Positions 10,055-18,489 of a DNA stretch of 34,045 bases are shown here, piece after piece. This DNA is from an uncultured Verrucomicrobiae bacterium (GTDB lineage Bacteria > Verrucomicrobiota > Verrucomicrobiia > Limisphaerales > JAFGQR01), in NCBI GenBank assembly GCA_963788655.1, contig CAWBHS010000113.1, forward strand, positions 1 to 34,045, in the 5' to 3' direction. Both the position numbers and the translations under genes were made by a program. Position 1 is the first letter of the stretch, and each line of letters begins with the position of its first letter. The notes under the pieces are model-generated. The model was given only the letters and a program-made list of their open reading frames with translations. It was not told the origin of the DNA and did no database searches.

Positions 10055-11369
10055 ATGATTCAACGTTATTCTCGGCCCGATATGCGGGCCCTGTGGACCG
10101 AGCAACGCAAACTGGAGATCTGGCTCCAGATCGAACTGCTCGCCAGCGAAGCTTTGTGCGCCCAAGGACTCGTTTCCAAAAAGGACTTGGCGCAAATGAA
10201 GGCCAAGGCCGCGTTCAGCGTTGAGCGGTGTCATGAACTCGAGAAAACGCTCAACCACGACGTAATCGCGTTCACCACCAACGTCGCCGAAAACATCGGC
10301 GCTCCGGCCAGCCGCTGGCTGCACTTTGGGTTGACCAGCAGCGACATCCTGGACACCGCGTTTGCCGTGCAAATGGTCCAAGCAGCGGACATTCTCCTGG
10401 CCGGCGTCAAGGCCTTGCGCAAAGCCATCGCCACCCAGGCCCGGAAGCATCAGACGACTCCCATGATCGGCCGCAGCCACGGCATTCATGCCGAACCGAC
10501 GACATTCGGACTCAAAATGGCCCTCATGTATGACGAGTTCGGTCGCGCGTTGCGTCGGTTGGAAAGTGCGAAGCAAACCGCGGCGGTCGGCAAATTGAGC
10601 GGGGCGGTTGGCACCAGTGCGCATTTGTCGCCTCAGACTGAGGCGTTCGTGTGCCGGAAACTGGGCTTAAAACCGGCGCCTCTCGCGACCCAGGTTATTC
10701 AACGCGACATTCACGCCGAGTTTATTCAGACCTTGGCGCTGGTCGCCGCCAGCATCGAGCGTTGGGCGACTGAATTTCGTCACCTGCAACGCACCGAGGT
10801 CCTGGAAACCGAAGAGTTTTTTGCCAAGGGCCAGAAAGGCTCGAGCGCCATGCCGCACAAACGCAATCCCATCACCTTTGAACGGTTGACCGGTTTGGCG
10901 CGGGTGTTGCGCGGCAATGCCGTGGCCGCCTTGGAAAACGTGGCGTTGTGGCACGAACGCGACATCAGCCACAGCAGCGTGGAACGCGTCATCTTTCCGG
11001 ATTCCTGCACGTTGCTCGATTACATGCTGGCCAAGCTGACCGACGCGGTGAACGGTTTGATCGTCTATCCGGAAAACATGGCGCGGAACCTCAAGTTGTC
11101 GTTGGGGATGTGGAACTCGCAAACCGTGCTGCTGGCCCTCATCAAGAAGGGATTGACCCGCGAGCAGGCCTACGAGTTGGTGCAGCGCAACGCGATGAAA
11201 ACCTGGGCGGCCAAGCACGCGGAGCAGCCAGACGCCGACTTTCCTCACGCAACTGCAAAACGATCCCGAGGTCGCGCGCCATTTCAAGAAGGGCGAACTC
11301 GAACAGCTCTGCTCGTTGGACTTCCATTTCAAGCAAGTCAAAGCGCGGTTCAAGAAAGTGGGGCTGTGA
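10055..11369 (+). CDS. purB: Adenylosuccinate lyase; apparent frameshift near 11241
   Basis: MIQRYSRPDM, HDVIAF, HFGLTSSD, GRSHGIHAEPTTFG, GSSAMPHKRNP, LWHERDISHSSVER. The true C-terminus (..LTQLQNDPEV..FKKVGL*) is in a shifted frame ending at TGA 11367-11369. Confidence 0.97.
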
Positions 11370-11463
11370 TTATGGCCGGGCAATAAGCGACCCGCCAATG
11401 AACCACAACCGGTCATGGCTGCCCGACTCCTGGTGATGAACTCCAGCGCCGATCTGAACCATG

Positions 11464-11549
11464 GTAGCAGCCGACGTGAGAAGGCTCATTATTCTTCGAT
11501 GCCTCTTTTTGCTCCCGACAAGACTGAGCCTCCTGACGTCGGCTGCTAC
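11464..11549. repeat. GTAG-type REP inverted pair, family D
   Basis: GTAGCAGCCGACGTGAGAAGGCTCA ... TGAGCCTCCTGACGTCGGCTGCTAC. Confidence 0.8.
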
Positions 11550-11603
11550 AGAATGACTGGAGTTTTAAAGCCGGTGCCAAGCCGTATCTATGCAATTGGG
11601 TTT

Positions 11604-11751
11604 GGGGAGCGCGCCCGCCTCGGGCGCTGCCAACCGGCGCCCTCGCCGGTTGGCCCGGCGACGGAGCAATCACTGAATAGTGAGCCAATCGGGGTGCTCG
11701 AAACTGGTTGGCGAGGCGCCAACCACGGCGCCCGGGGCGGGCGCGCTCCCC
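11604..11751. repeat. GGAG-type REP inverted pair, family E
   Basis: GGGGAGCGCGCCCGCCTCGGGCGC ... GCGCCCGGGGCGGGCGCGCTCCCC, with internal hairpins. Confidence 0.78.
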
Positions 11752-11801
11752 TTTTTGCTGAATCGCAACAGCTTGGTAACTGACACTCTCAAAAGCGAAC
11801 C

Positions 11802-12701
11802 ATGCCCTATTCCCTCGGCATTGATTTGGGCGGCTCCAGCGTGAAGTCGGTGGCGGTGACTGCGGACGGTACGTTGCTGGGCCAGGCCAACGTGACGTTT
11901 GCGATAGACCAGCCTTTGGCTTGGGCTGACACGATCCGCAACCTGGTCCACCAAACGCAAACCGACCTTGGAGCCCCGGCGGCGACGATTGGTCTTTCGG
12001 CTCCCGGATTGGCCAGCGGTGATGGCCGATCAATCGCTTTCATGCCGGGGCGATTGCAGGGATTGGAGGGATTGGATTGGACCGGGTTCCTGGGCGCATC
12101 GAAACCGGTGCCGGTGTTGAACGATGCCCATGCCGCGTTGCTCGGCGAAGCCTGGCTGGGGGCGGCCTGTGGTTTCCAAAATGTGATCCTGCTGACCCTG
12201 GGCACCGGTGTCGGCGGCGCTGCCATGGTGGACGGGCGACTCTTGCGTGGCCATCTTGGACGGGCCGGCCATCTGGGCCATCTCTCGCTGAATCCGGATG
12301 GCCCGCGCGACGTTGCCAACACGCCCGGCAGCCTCGAGTTGGCCATTGGCAACTGCACGATTGGAGAGCGATCCCAAGGTCGGTTCCAAACCACACACGA
12401 CTTGATTGCCGCCCATCGAACGGGCGATCCCGAAGCCGAGCGAATCTGGCTCGCCTCTGTGAAAGCGTTGGCGGCAGCGGTGTGTTCTTTGGTGAACATC
12501 CTCGATCCGGAAGCGGTCATCATTGGCGGCGGAATTGCGCGAGCCGGAGAGACGTTGTTCGCACCGCTGGCCGAATTTCTTGAACCCATGGAATGGCGGC
12601 CTGGTGGGCAGCAGGTCGAAATATTGCCGGCACAACTGGGCGAACTGGCGGGCGCGTTCGGAGCCGCCCGCAATGGAATCGAGCGATCCGGCGGGACGTG
12701 A
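11802..12701 (+). CDS. ROK family sugar kinase (glucokinase-like)
   Basis: LGIDLGGSSVK, NDAHAALLGE, LTLGTGVGG, AGHLGH, LDPEAVIIGGGIA. Confidence 0.93.
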   Translation: MPYSLGIDLGGSSVKSVAVTADGTLLGQANVTFAIDQPLAWADTIRNLVHQTQTDLGAPAATIGLSAPGLASGDGRSIAFMPGRLQGLEGLDWTGFLGASKPVPVLNDAHAALLGEAWLGAACGFQNVILLTLGTGVGGAAMVDGRLLRGHLGRAGHLGHLSLNPDGPRDVANTPGSLELAIGNCTIGERSQGRFQTTHDLIAAHRTGDPEAERIWLASVKALAAAVCSLVNILDPEAVIIGGGIARAGETLFAPLAEFLEPMEWRPGGQQVEILPAQLGELAGAFGAARNGIERSGGT

Positions 12702-12792
12702 ATGGCGCAGTGATGTTCTTCACTTTCAGATGGAAATCGAGCGGCAAATTGATGCGAACGTTCCATTGTTATTTGCATGTCCTTCTTCAAGC

Positions 12793-12898
12793 GAAAGCGG
12801 GAGCAAGCTCCGCGCACTCCAAACACTGCGCGAGGATCGGTAACGCCGGCTGGATCGTCGCGCAGCGTTTGGAGTGCGCCCGGCTTGCCGGCGCTTTC
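12793..12898. repeat. REP-like inverted pair, family C
   Basis: GAAAGCGGGAGCAAGCTCCGCGCACTCCAAACACTGCGCGA ... TCGCGCAGCGTTTGGAGTGCGCCCGGCTTGCCGGCGCTTTC; same halves as 8181-8329 in the opposite order. A degenerate copy follows at about 12930-13000. Confidence 0.8.
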
Positions 12899-13040
12899 AC
12901 ACGTCGGACGCCGCGGCAACATGGCGGCCGCGGTCTTGGGGGTGCGCGTGTCATTTGAAAGCGGTGGAGCATCCTATCCGCTTCAAGACGCTGCCGCGTT
13001 GCCTCCAAACATCCAAGCTGGTCCGGCCCGACCGATTTAA

Positions 13041-13973
13041 ATGCTCCCCGCTTTCCTCACCACCATTCTGTTCTCCATCTCGGCCGTTAGCGGCAGCCGC
13101 AGTGCCCGCTTGGTGGGCGGTGCCGAAGCCAATTTCTGGCGGTTGATCGTGGCCACGCTGCTGCTGGCCCTATACGCGCACACTTTGGGCACGGGTTTGG
13201 ACAGCGCTGCGTTTCCCTGGTTGTTGCTCAGCGGCTGCATTGGTTTTGGGATAGGGGATGCGAGTTATTTTCAGGCTCTGCCGCGCATTGGTTCGCGGCT
13301 ATCCTCCATGATGGTTTTGTGCCTGTCCGCCCCGGTGGCCGGATTGGTGGAATGGTTATGGATGGACACCGCGTTGAGCGCGGCGGAAGTCATCGCGGCC
13401 ATGACAATTTTGGTGGGCGTCGGCATCGCCCTGGCACCCGCCGGCCTCCGGCATATCAAACGCAATGACTTGTTGGTTGGTGCCGGCTTTGGATGGATCG
13501 CCGCATTGTGTCAGGCCTTCGGGGCGTCGTTGAGCCGTCAGGCCTATCGGGTGGCGGCCGAGTCGTCGGAGAATATTGATGGGATGACCGCCGCCTACGA
13601 ACGCATTGTGGGTGGCGTGCTGGTGATGGCGGGATTGTTGTTGTTGGTCAAAAGGCACACACTGCTTCGGTTGTTGCAGCGGGTTCCGAGGGGTGACGAT
13701 GGACTGGCTGGACGCAAGGCCAATTGGCGCAAAGCCTGGCCCTGGGTCTTGGTGAATGGCTTCGCGGGACCGGCGCTGGGGGTCAGTTGCTTCCAGTGGG
13801 CCTTGAAACTGGCACCCTCGGGGATCGTGCTGCCGATTGTGTCCGTGACGCCCATCATGATCATTCCCTTTTCTCGTTACCTCGAAGGGGAACGTCCCAG
13901 TCGGCGCTCGCTCGCCGGCGGTGCGTTGGCGGTGGCCGGTGCCGTATCTCTGGCCGTGGCCAGGTATTTTTGA
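13041..13973 (+). CDS. DMT/EamA family transporter
   Basis: About 10 hydrophobic helices in two repeats; LSGCIGFGIGD..YFQAL..IG and P.....S....GE motifs. Confidence 0.88.
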   Translation: MLPAFLTTILFSISAVSGSRSARLVGGAEANFWRLIVATLLLALYAHTLGTGLDSAAFPWLLLSGCIGFGIGDASYFQALPRIGSRLSSMMVLCLSAPVAGLVEWLWMDTALSAAEVIAAMTILVGVGIALAPAGLRHIKRNDLLVGAGFGWIAALCQAFGASLSRQAYRVAAESSENIDGMTAAYERIVGGVLVMAGLLLLVKRHTLLRLLQRVPRGDDGLAGRKANWRKAWPWVLVNGFAGPALGVSCFQWALKLAPSGIVLPIVSVTPIMIIPFSRYLEGERPSRRSLAGGALAVAGAVSLAVARYF

Positions 13974-13975
13974 AC

Positions 13976-14572
13976 GTGCTGCTGGCATCCTGCCGGCAGT
14001 TTGGAACGGCGGACCTGAATCAATGACCAATGTCCAATGAGCCAATGACCAGAGAATGACCAAGGCCCAAGGCCCACCGCAGCGTTGGGCAAGCCTGACC
14101 TGGCTACGATTTGGGTCTCGGGCATTGGTCATTGGTCATTGGTCATTTTGCTCCCGCCTGCTCATTCGCGCGGTTCGTCTGCATTCGTTTCTGTCGGCGG
14201 GACGCCGGCAGCACGTTGGCGCAGCGTGCTGCTGGCATCCTGCCGGCAGATTGGAACGGCGGACCCGAATCAATGACCAAGGTCCAATGAGCCAATGACC
14301 AGAGAATGACCAAGGCCCAAGGCCCACCGCGGCGCTGGGCAAGCCTGACCTGGCTACGATTTGGTTCTTGGGCGTTCTTTGGGATTTGGTCATTGGGATT
14401 TGGTCATTTTGCTCCCCCCTGCTCATCCGCGCGGTTCGTCTGCATTCGTTTCTGCCGGCGGGACGCCGGCAGCACGTTGGCGCAGCGTGCTGCTGGCATC
14501 CTGCCGGCAGATTGGAACGGCGGACCTGAATCAATGACCAAGGTCCAATGAGCCAATGACCAGAGAATGACC
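13976..14572. repeat. Tandem array (about 2.3 copies; periods 250 and 261 bp) of a nested palindromic unit, truncated by IS66
   Basis: Units start at 13976, 14226 and 14487 with GTGCTGCTGGCATCCTGCCGGCAG. Each full unit is A-forward, AATGACC heptamers, spacer, TTGGTCATT heptamers, A-reverse. The third unit stops at the IS66 left end. Confidence 0.93.
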
Positions 14573-14630
14573 GTAACCGTCCGGCGACGCCGTCTTACGC
14601 TGAGCGCAGCGGGCGTGGCAGGATGGCGGG

Positions 14631-14990
14631 GTGAAACAACGAACATCCAAATCCGCCGAACTCCGACGACATCGCACCCCAGAAGAGAAAGCCAGGATCC
14701 TCAGAGAGCACGAACGCAGCGGGCTCTCGCTGCTGGCGTTTGCCCGAGCGCACGGGCTGTGCTACGCAAGCCTGCGCCGCTGGAGATCCCGCCCCTGCCC
14801 GGGATCCCTCGTTCCCGCAGCGCCTGCTCCCCAGGCCGATCCGCGATTCGTCCCGGTGACGGTCGAAAGTGAAGTCTCGGGCGGGGATTACGTTCTGAAC
14901 TTGGCCGGAGGGCGTTCTCTGAGGATCCCGCTGCGGTTCGAGCCAGATTCCTTGCGCCGACTGCTCAGCGTGCTGGAGGGCGTGCAATGA
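14631..14990 (+). CDS. tnpA: IS66 accessory protein TnpA (HTH)
   Basis: EEKARILREHERSGLSLLAFARAHGLCYASLRRWR HTH followed by FVPV and L..LL..L; ATGA overlap with tnpB. Confidence 0.88.
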   Translation: MKQRTSKSAELRRHRTPEEKARILREHERSGLSLLAFARAHGLCYASLRRWRSRPCPGSLVPAAPAPQADPRFVPVTVESEVSGGDYVLNLAGGRSLRIPLRFEPDSLRRLLSVLEGVQ

Positions 14991-15343
14991 TCGGTCTTTT
15001 GCCCACCACGACGATCTACCTGGCTACCGCTCCCACAGATTTGCGCAAAGCCTACGACGGGCTGGCGGTCTTGGTTCGCCAGAGCCTGGGTCAAGACCCG
15101 CTCAGTGGCAGCCTCTACGTTTTCTGCAACCGCCGAAAGGATCGGATCAAGATCCTCTTTTGGGAAGAAGGCGGGTATTGGCTGTGCGCTCGACGGCTTG
15201 AGCAGGGGACCTTTCGTTGGCCACAGAAGCAAGAAACCTGCGCGCGCTACCGCCGCGAGGAACTCCTGCTGCTTCTGGGAGGCATCGACCTGGAGGAGAC
15301 CCGAGCGCGGAAGTGGTATCGGCGCGGGGCGGAAAATAAATAA
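14987..15343 (+). CDS. tnpB: IS66 accessory protein TnpB (Orf2; not the RNA-guided TnpB)
   Basis: IYLATAPTDLRKAYDGL...DPLSGSLYVFCNRRKDRIKILFWEEGGYWLCARRLEQGTFRWP. Confidence 0.96.
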   Translation: MIGLLPTTTIYLATAPTDLRKAYDGLAVLVRQSLGQDPLSGSLYVFCNRRKDRIKILFWEEGGYWLCARRLEQGTFRWPQKQETCARYRREELLLLLGGIDLEETRARKWYRRGAENK

Positions 15344-15365
15344 ACTTCCCGCTGGACTCTACTCC

Positions 15366-15396
15366 TCATCTCTGCTTTCATCGTGGGCAGAGATGA
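15366..15396 (+). promoter_or_regulatory. 10-bp perfect hairpin covering the DUF4338 start codon, overlapping a possible internal promoter
   Basis: TCATCTCTGC (15366-15375) and GCAGAGATGA (15387-15396) are exact reverse complements; candidate TGGACT(15353)-N17-TTTCAT(15376). Confidence 0.5.
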
Positions 15397-16268
15397 ACGA
15401 AACCTTCGAACTTCAGGGTCGTAGCTGGCAGGCCCAACAGATCCAAGAGCTTGGTCAATGGGTGAGCCAGAACCCGACGTGGAGCCGCTACCGGATCTCC
15501 CGCGAGCTGTGCATCCGGTGGAGTTGGATTCGCCCCAACGGGCAGTTGGCGGACATGGCCGCGCGCAGTTTCCTCAACAAGCTCCACGCGCGAGCCCTGA
15601 TCCAACTGCCCCCCTGCCGGCGGGCGAGTCCCAACCGGATGAAGCACCGGCAGCTGGCATGCGTGGCGGTGGACTCCCGTCCCGTGGAAGGAGAGCTGGG
15701 CCAGTTGGGAGCGCTTCATCTCCACGAAGTCAGCCGGGATCCGGAGCGCCGAGCGGTGTTTGAGAGCCTCCTGGCCCGGGAGCATTACTTGGGCTACCGC
15801 AGCCCGGTGGGTGAGAACCTCAAGTATCTGCTATGCACCGAGCAGGATCGTCCGGTGGCCGCCTGGCTTTTCGGCGCGGCGGCCTGGCGGTGTGAGGCGC
15901 GGGATCGGTGGATCGGCTGGAACGATCGCGAGCGTGCCGCCGGACTCCATCGAATGACCAACAACACCCGGTTCCTCATCCCCCGGTGGGTGCGGGTCCG
16001 TGGACTGGCCAGCTGGGGTTGGCGTCGGGTGAGTCGACGCCTGGTGAGCGACTGGAAAGCCAAGTATGGGCATGGCATTGAGTTGGTGGAAACGTTCGTG
16101 GATCGGAGCCGCTTCCATGGAGGCGCTTACGCGGCCAGCAATTGGTTGGAGGTGGGGCTCACCCAAGGACGCAGCCGTGGGGATCGCGAGCGCCGGATCC
16201 ATGTGCCCAAGAAAGCCGTGTATGTGTATCCACTGAGCAGCCAGGCTCGCCAAAGGTTGTGCCGATGA
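15393..16268 (+). CDS. DUF4338 (DruA-like) domain protein carried inside IS66
   Basis: N-terminal SRYRISRELC..W.W..PNG.L.DMAAR.FL.KL....LIQLP; then HYLGY..PVGENLKY, FGAAAW.C..RD.WIGW, NNTRFLI, LAS, DW...YG....LVETFVD..RF.G..Y.ASNW..VG.TQGR.R.D, K.VYVYPL. Confidence 0.9.
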   Translation: MNETFELQGRSWQAQQIQELGQWVSQNPTWSRYRISRELCIRWSWIRPNGQLADMAARSFLNKLHARALIQLPPCRRASPNRMKHRQLACVAVDSRPVEGELGQLGALHLHEVSRDPERRAVFESLLAREHYLGYRSPVGENLKYLLCTEQDRPVAAWLFGAAAWRCEARDRWIGWNDRERAAGLHRMTNNTRFLIPRWVRVRGLASWGWRRVSRRLVSDWKAKYGHGIELVETFVDRSRFHGGAYAASNWLEVGLTQGRSRGDRERRIHVPKKAVYVYPLSSQARQRLCR

Positions 16269-18025
16269 GCGAGTCCCCAGAGGAAAGGCTGGCGGAGGAA
16301 ATCCGGCGGTTGCGCGAGGAGAACGAGGCGCTGCGCCTTCAACACAGCCAATGGCAGTCGGAAAACGAGGCGCTGCACCTTCAACACAGTCAATGGCAGT
16401 CGGAGAACGAGGCGCTGCACCTTCAACACAGCCAATGGCAGTCGGAGAACGAGGCGTTGCGAATCCAGCTCCAGGAGCTTGAAGTCATTCGTCGCAACCT
16501 GGAGCACACGATCGCCGTTTACCAGCGATGCCTCTTTGGTTCGCGATCCGAGAAGATTGATCCCAAAGAACTGGAGGCGCGGATTGCCCAAGCGGCAGCC
16601 GAAGCCCGGGAACAACTGGCCAAGGAGAAACGCCCCGGAGATCCTCCGCCCGAAGCCGAGGAAGAACAACCCGAAGAGAAGGCTACGGCAGACACCTCTG
16701 CCGACCCAGCCGACCCATCCACGGATCGGCAGAAAGCCAAGAAGCGCAAAGCTCGCCCGCACGGTCGCGGAGGTTTTCCCGCGCATTTGCCGCGTCGACG
16801 AATCGAGCATCCCGTCGATCCCGCCAAGGCCGTCTGTGCATGTTGCTCGGATCATCCCCCCCTGATCCAGGTGGGGGAGGATACCTGTGAGAAGCTGGTC
16901 AAACTGCCGGTTCAATATGAGGTTCAAGTCCACGTGTATCCCCAGATGGCTTGCCAGCGGTGTCATGAGGGGGTGACCAGCGCGCCTCGCCAGGACAACA
17001 GCCTCAAAGCCGATGTGAGCGTGATCGCCGATGTGGTGGTCAAGAAATATGTCGAGCACCAGCCCCTTTACCGCCAGCAACAAGCCTTTGATCGACTGCA
17101 GATCCCGATCTCCCGCCAGACGCTCTGCGACTGGACGGGATGGTGCAGCGACCAGGTGGATCCGGTGGTCAAAGCCATAGCTGATTACATCCTATCCCAT
17201 TCGTTGATCCAGTCCGACGAGACCCCGGTGCGCATGCAACTGGCCGATGGCCAGATGGAGACGGCACGACTCTGGGCTTACGGGCTGCCCTGGGCGGAGG
17301 TGGTGTTTGATTTTCGCACGGACAAAAGCCAGAAAGGTCCCAAGGAGTTCTTGACCGGGACCCGGGCCCGGTTCGTGCAGTCCGATGGCGGCAGTTCGTA
17401 TATCCCCGTATTTAAGGCGCTGGATTTGATGCATGTGGCGTGCATGGCGCATATACGTCGGGCGATCTTCGAGGCCCGAGCCGATGCCCCCATGGCTGTC
17501 GACTTGGTGTTGGCCGCGATCCAGAAGCTTTATCGGATCGAAGCGCGCGCCAAGGCCGATGGGCTGAGTCTTGAGGCCCGTCAGGAACTGAGGCAGCGGG
17601 AGGCCAAGCCGATTTTCATGGAGGTAGGCCAGTTGATCGCCACGATGCGCAAGGATGTCCTCCCCAAAAGTCCCTTGGGCCAGGCGCTGAAATATGCAGA
17701 GAACCAATGGCCCGCGATGGCGCGATACCTGGAAGTCCCGCAAGCTGAGTTGGACAATAACTCGACTGAACATAGTTTGCGGGACGTGGTGTTGGGACGG
17801 CGCAACTGGCTGCATGTGGGGCAGGAGGCAGGCGGGGAAAAGGCTGCCAATCTCTTCTCACTCATGATTACGTGCAAACGGCTGGGGGTTGAACCTTACG
17901 CCTACCTTCACGACATCCTGCGGCGGTTGCCCAGTCATCCCAACAAGGACATCTGGCAGCTTACGCCCAGGGGCTGGAAGGAAACCTTCGCGCCCAAGAG
18001 CCCGTCGCCCAGTGCCAGCGGCTGA
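16265..18025 (+). CDS. tnpC: IS66 DDE transposase TnpC
   Basis: Coiled coil plus LFGSRSEK, PAHLPRRRIEH, CxxC zinc ribbon, KY.EH.PLYRQ, SDETPV, QSDG..SY, CMAHIRR, DNNSTEHSLR, GRRNWL, GVEPYAYL; ATG overlaps the DUF4338 stop (ATGA 16265-16268). Confidence 0.97.
   Translation: MSESPEERLAEEIRRLREENEALRLQHSQWQSENEALHLQHSQWQSENEALHLQHSQWQSENEALRIQLQELEVIRRNLEHTIAVYQRCLFGSRSEKIDPKELEARIAQAAAEAREQLAKEKRPGDPPPEAEEEQPEEKATADTSADPADPSTDRQKAKKRKARPHGRGGFPAHLPRRRIEHPVDPAKAVCACCSDHPPLIQVGEDTCEKLVKLPVQYEVQVHVYPQMACQRCHEGVTSAPRQDNSLKADVSVIADVVVKKYVEHQPLYRQQQAFDRLQIPISRQTLCDWTGWCSDQVDPVVKAIADYILSHSLIQSDETPVRMQLADGQMETARLWAYGLPWAEVVFDFRTDKSQKGPKEFLTGTRARFVQSDGGSSYIPVFKALDLMHVACMAHIRRAIFEARADAPMAVDLVLAAIQKLYRIEARAKADGLSLEARQELRQREAKPIFMEVGQLIATMRKDVLPKSPLGQALKYAENQWPAMARYLEVPQAELDNNSTEHSLRDVVLGRRNWLHVGQEAGGEKAANLFSLMITCKRLGVEPYAYLHDILRRLPSHPNKDIWQLTPRGWKETFAPKSPSPSASG
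16319..16460 (+). repeat. 42-bp in-frame tandem repeat (x3.4) encoding ENEALxLQHSQWQS
   Basis: Units at 16319, 16361 and 16403 with a partial unit at 16445; 14 aa equals two heptads in the TnpC N-terminal coiled coil. Confidence 0.95.
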
Positions 18026-18116
18026 ATCTCCCCGATAGTCCAATCCAACCCCTTCGCCCGACCGGTCAATCCTCCCGACCCGCTGCCGGTGCCATACGGC
18101 GCCGCCGGACGGTTAC

Positions 18117-18312
18117 GATCGTACGGAATGCCCTCAGTCCGGCCGTCCTCCACCGCGCGAATCCGCTCACTAATCTCCGTCTCCCATGCTTGATCAAGCT
18201 TATCTTCGGACAAGGGGTTATCCAGTTCGATCAAAAAACGAGCGAGCGCAAGACGCTGGTGCCGAGGAAACTGGATTGCCTCCCGACTGACCTTCTCAAG
18301 AGCCGTACTCCT
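18117..18312 (-). pseudogene. Addiction-module antitoxin (TIGR02574-like), start codon lost and 3' end cut by IS66; integron cassette 4
   Basis: Reads (AGG)STALEKVSREAIQFPRHQRLALARFLIELDNPLSEDKLDQAWETEISERIRAVEDGRTEGIPYD up to the IS boundary; AGG sits where ATG is expected, with an in-frame TAA four codons upstream. Confidence 0.8.
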
Positions 18313-18358
18313 GGAGGAACATTATTCATCCGCCCAAAAATGTCGAGCCCGTCCTTCC

Positions 18359-18486
18359 CGCCAACGACAAAAGTGAGCGACAGCCACGGAAGCGCCAGCC
18401 TGAACTCACAATAAGGGCCTCAAGCTTCATGATCAACGCCCGCTGCTGAGCCGGGTAGGCTGTTCGATCAATCGACCTGGTTGGAC
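18359..18486 (-). other. attC site (cassette 3)
   Basis: Minus strand GTCCAAC ... TGATCGAACAGCC ... GGCTGTCGCTCA ... GTTGGCG; 128 bp, begins 3 nt after the stop codon, with a paired inner stem and an extra base. Confidence 0.82.
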
Positions 18487-18489
18487 AAT

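Larger units (their letters stand above)
14573..18116 (+). mobile_element. IS66-family element (3,544 bp) with four ORFs: tnpA-tnpB-DUF4338-tnpC
   Basis: Terminal inverted repeats GTAACCGTCCGGCGaCGCCGT (14573-14593) and the reverse complement of 18096-18116 match at 20/21 and begin with the IS66 GTAA signature; all ORFs are intact; no 8-bp target duplication. Confidence 0.95.

Noticed and set aside
13976..14572. CRISPR array
   Set aside because: Units are 250-261 bp with near-identical internal sequence, there are no unique spacers, and no cas genes are present.
14987..15343. RNA-guided TnpB nuclease (IS200/IS605)
   Set aside because: This is the 118-aa IS66 Orf2-type protein with no RuvC motifs; only the name is shared.
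15393..16268. Complete Druantia defence system
   Set aside because: Only a DruA-like gene is present; there is no DruE helicase or other dru gene, and the gene lies inside IS66 ends.
16319..16460. CRISPR-like short repeats
   Set aside because: Contiguous in-frame 42-bp coding repeats without spacers inside tnpC.
17935..18234. 99-aa ORF as an intact gene
   Set aside because: A chimera of the antitoxin fragment reading into the IS66 right end.
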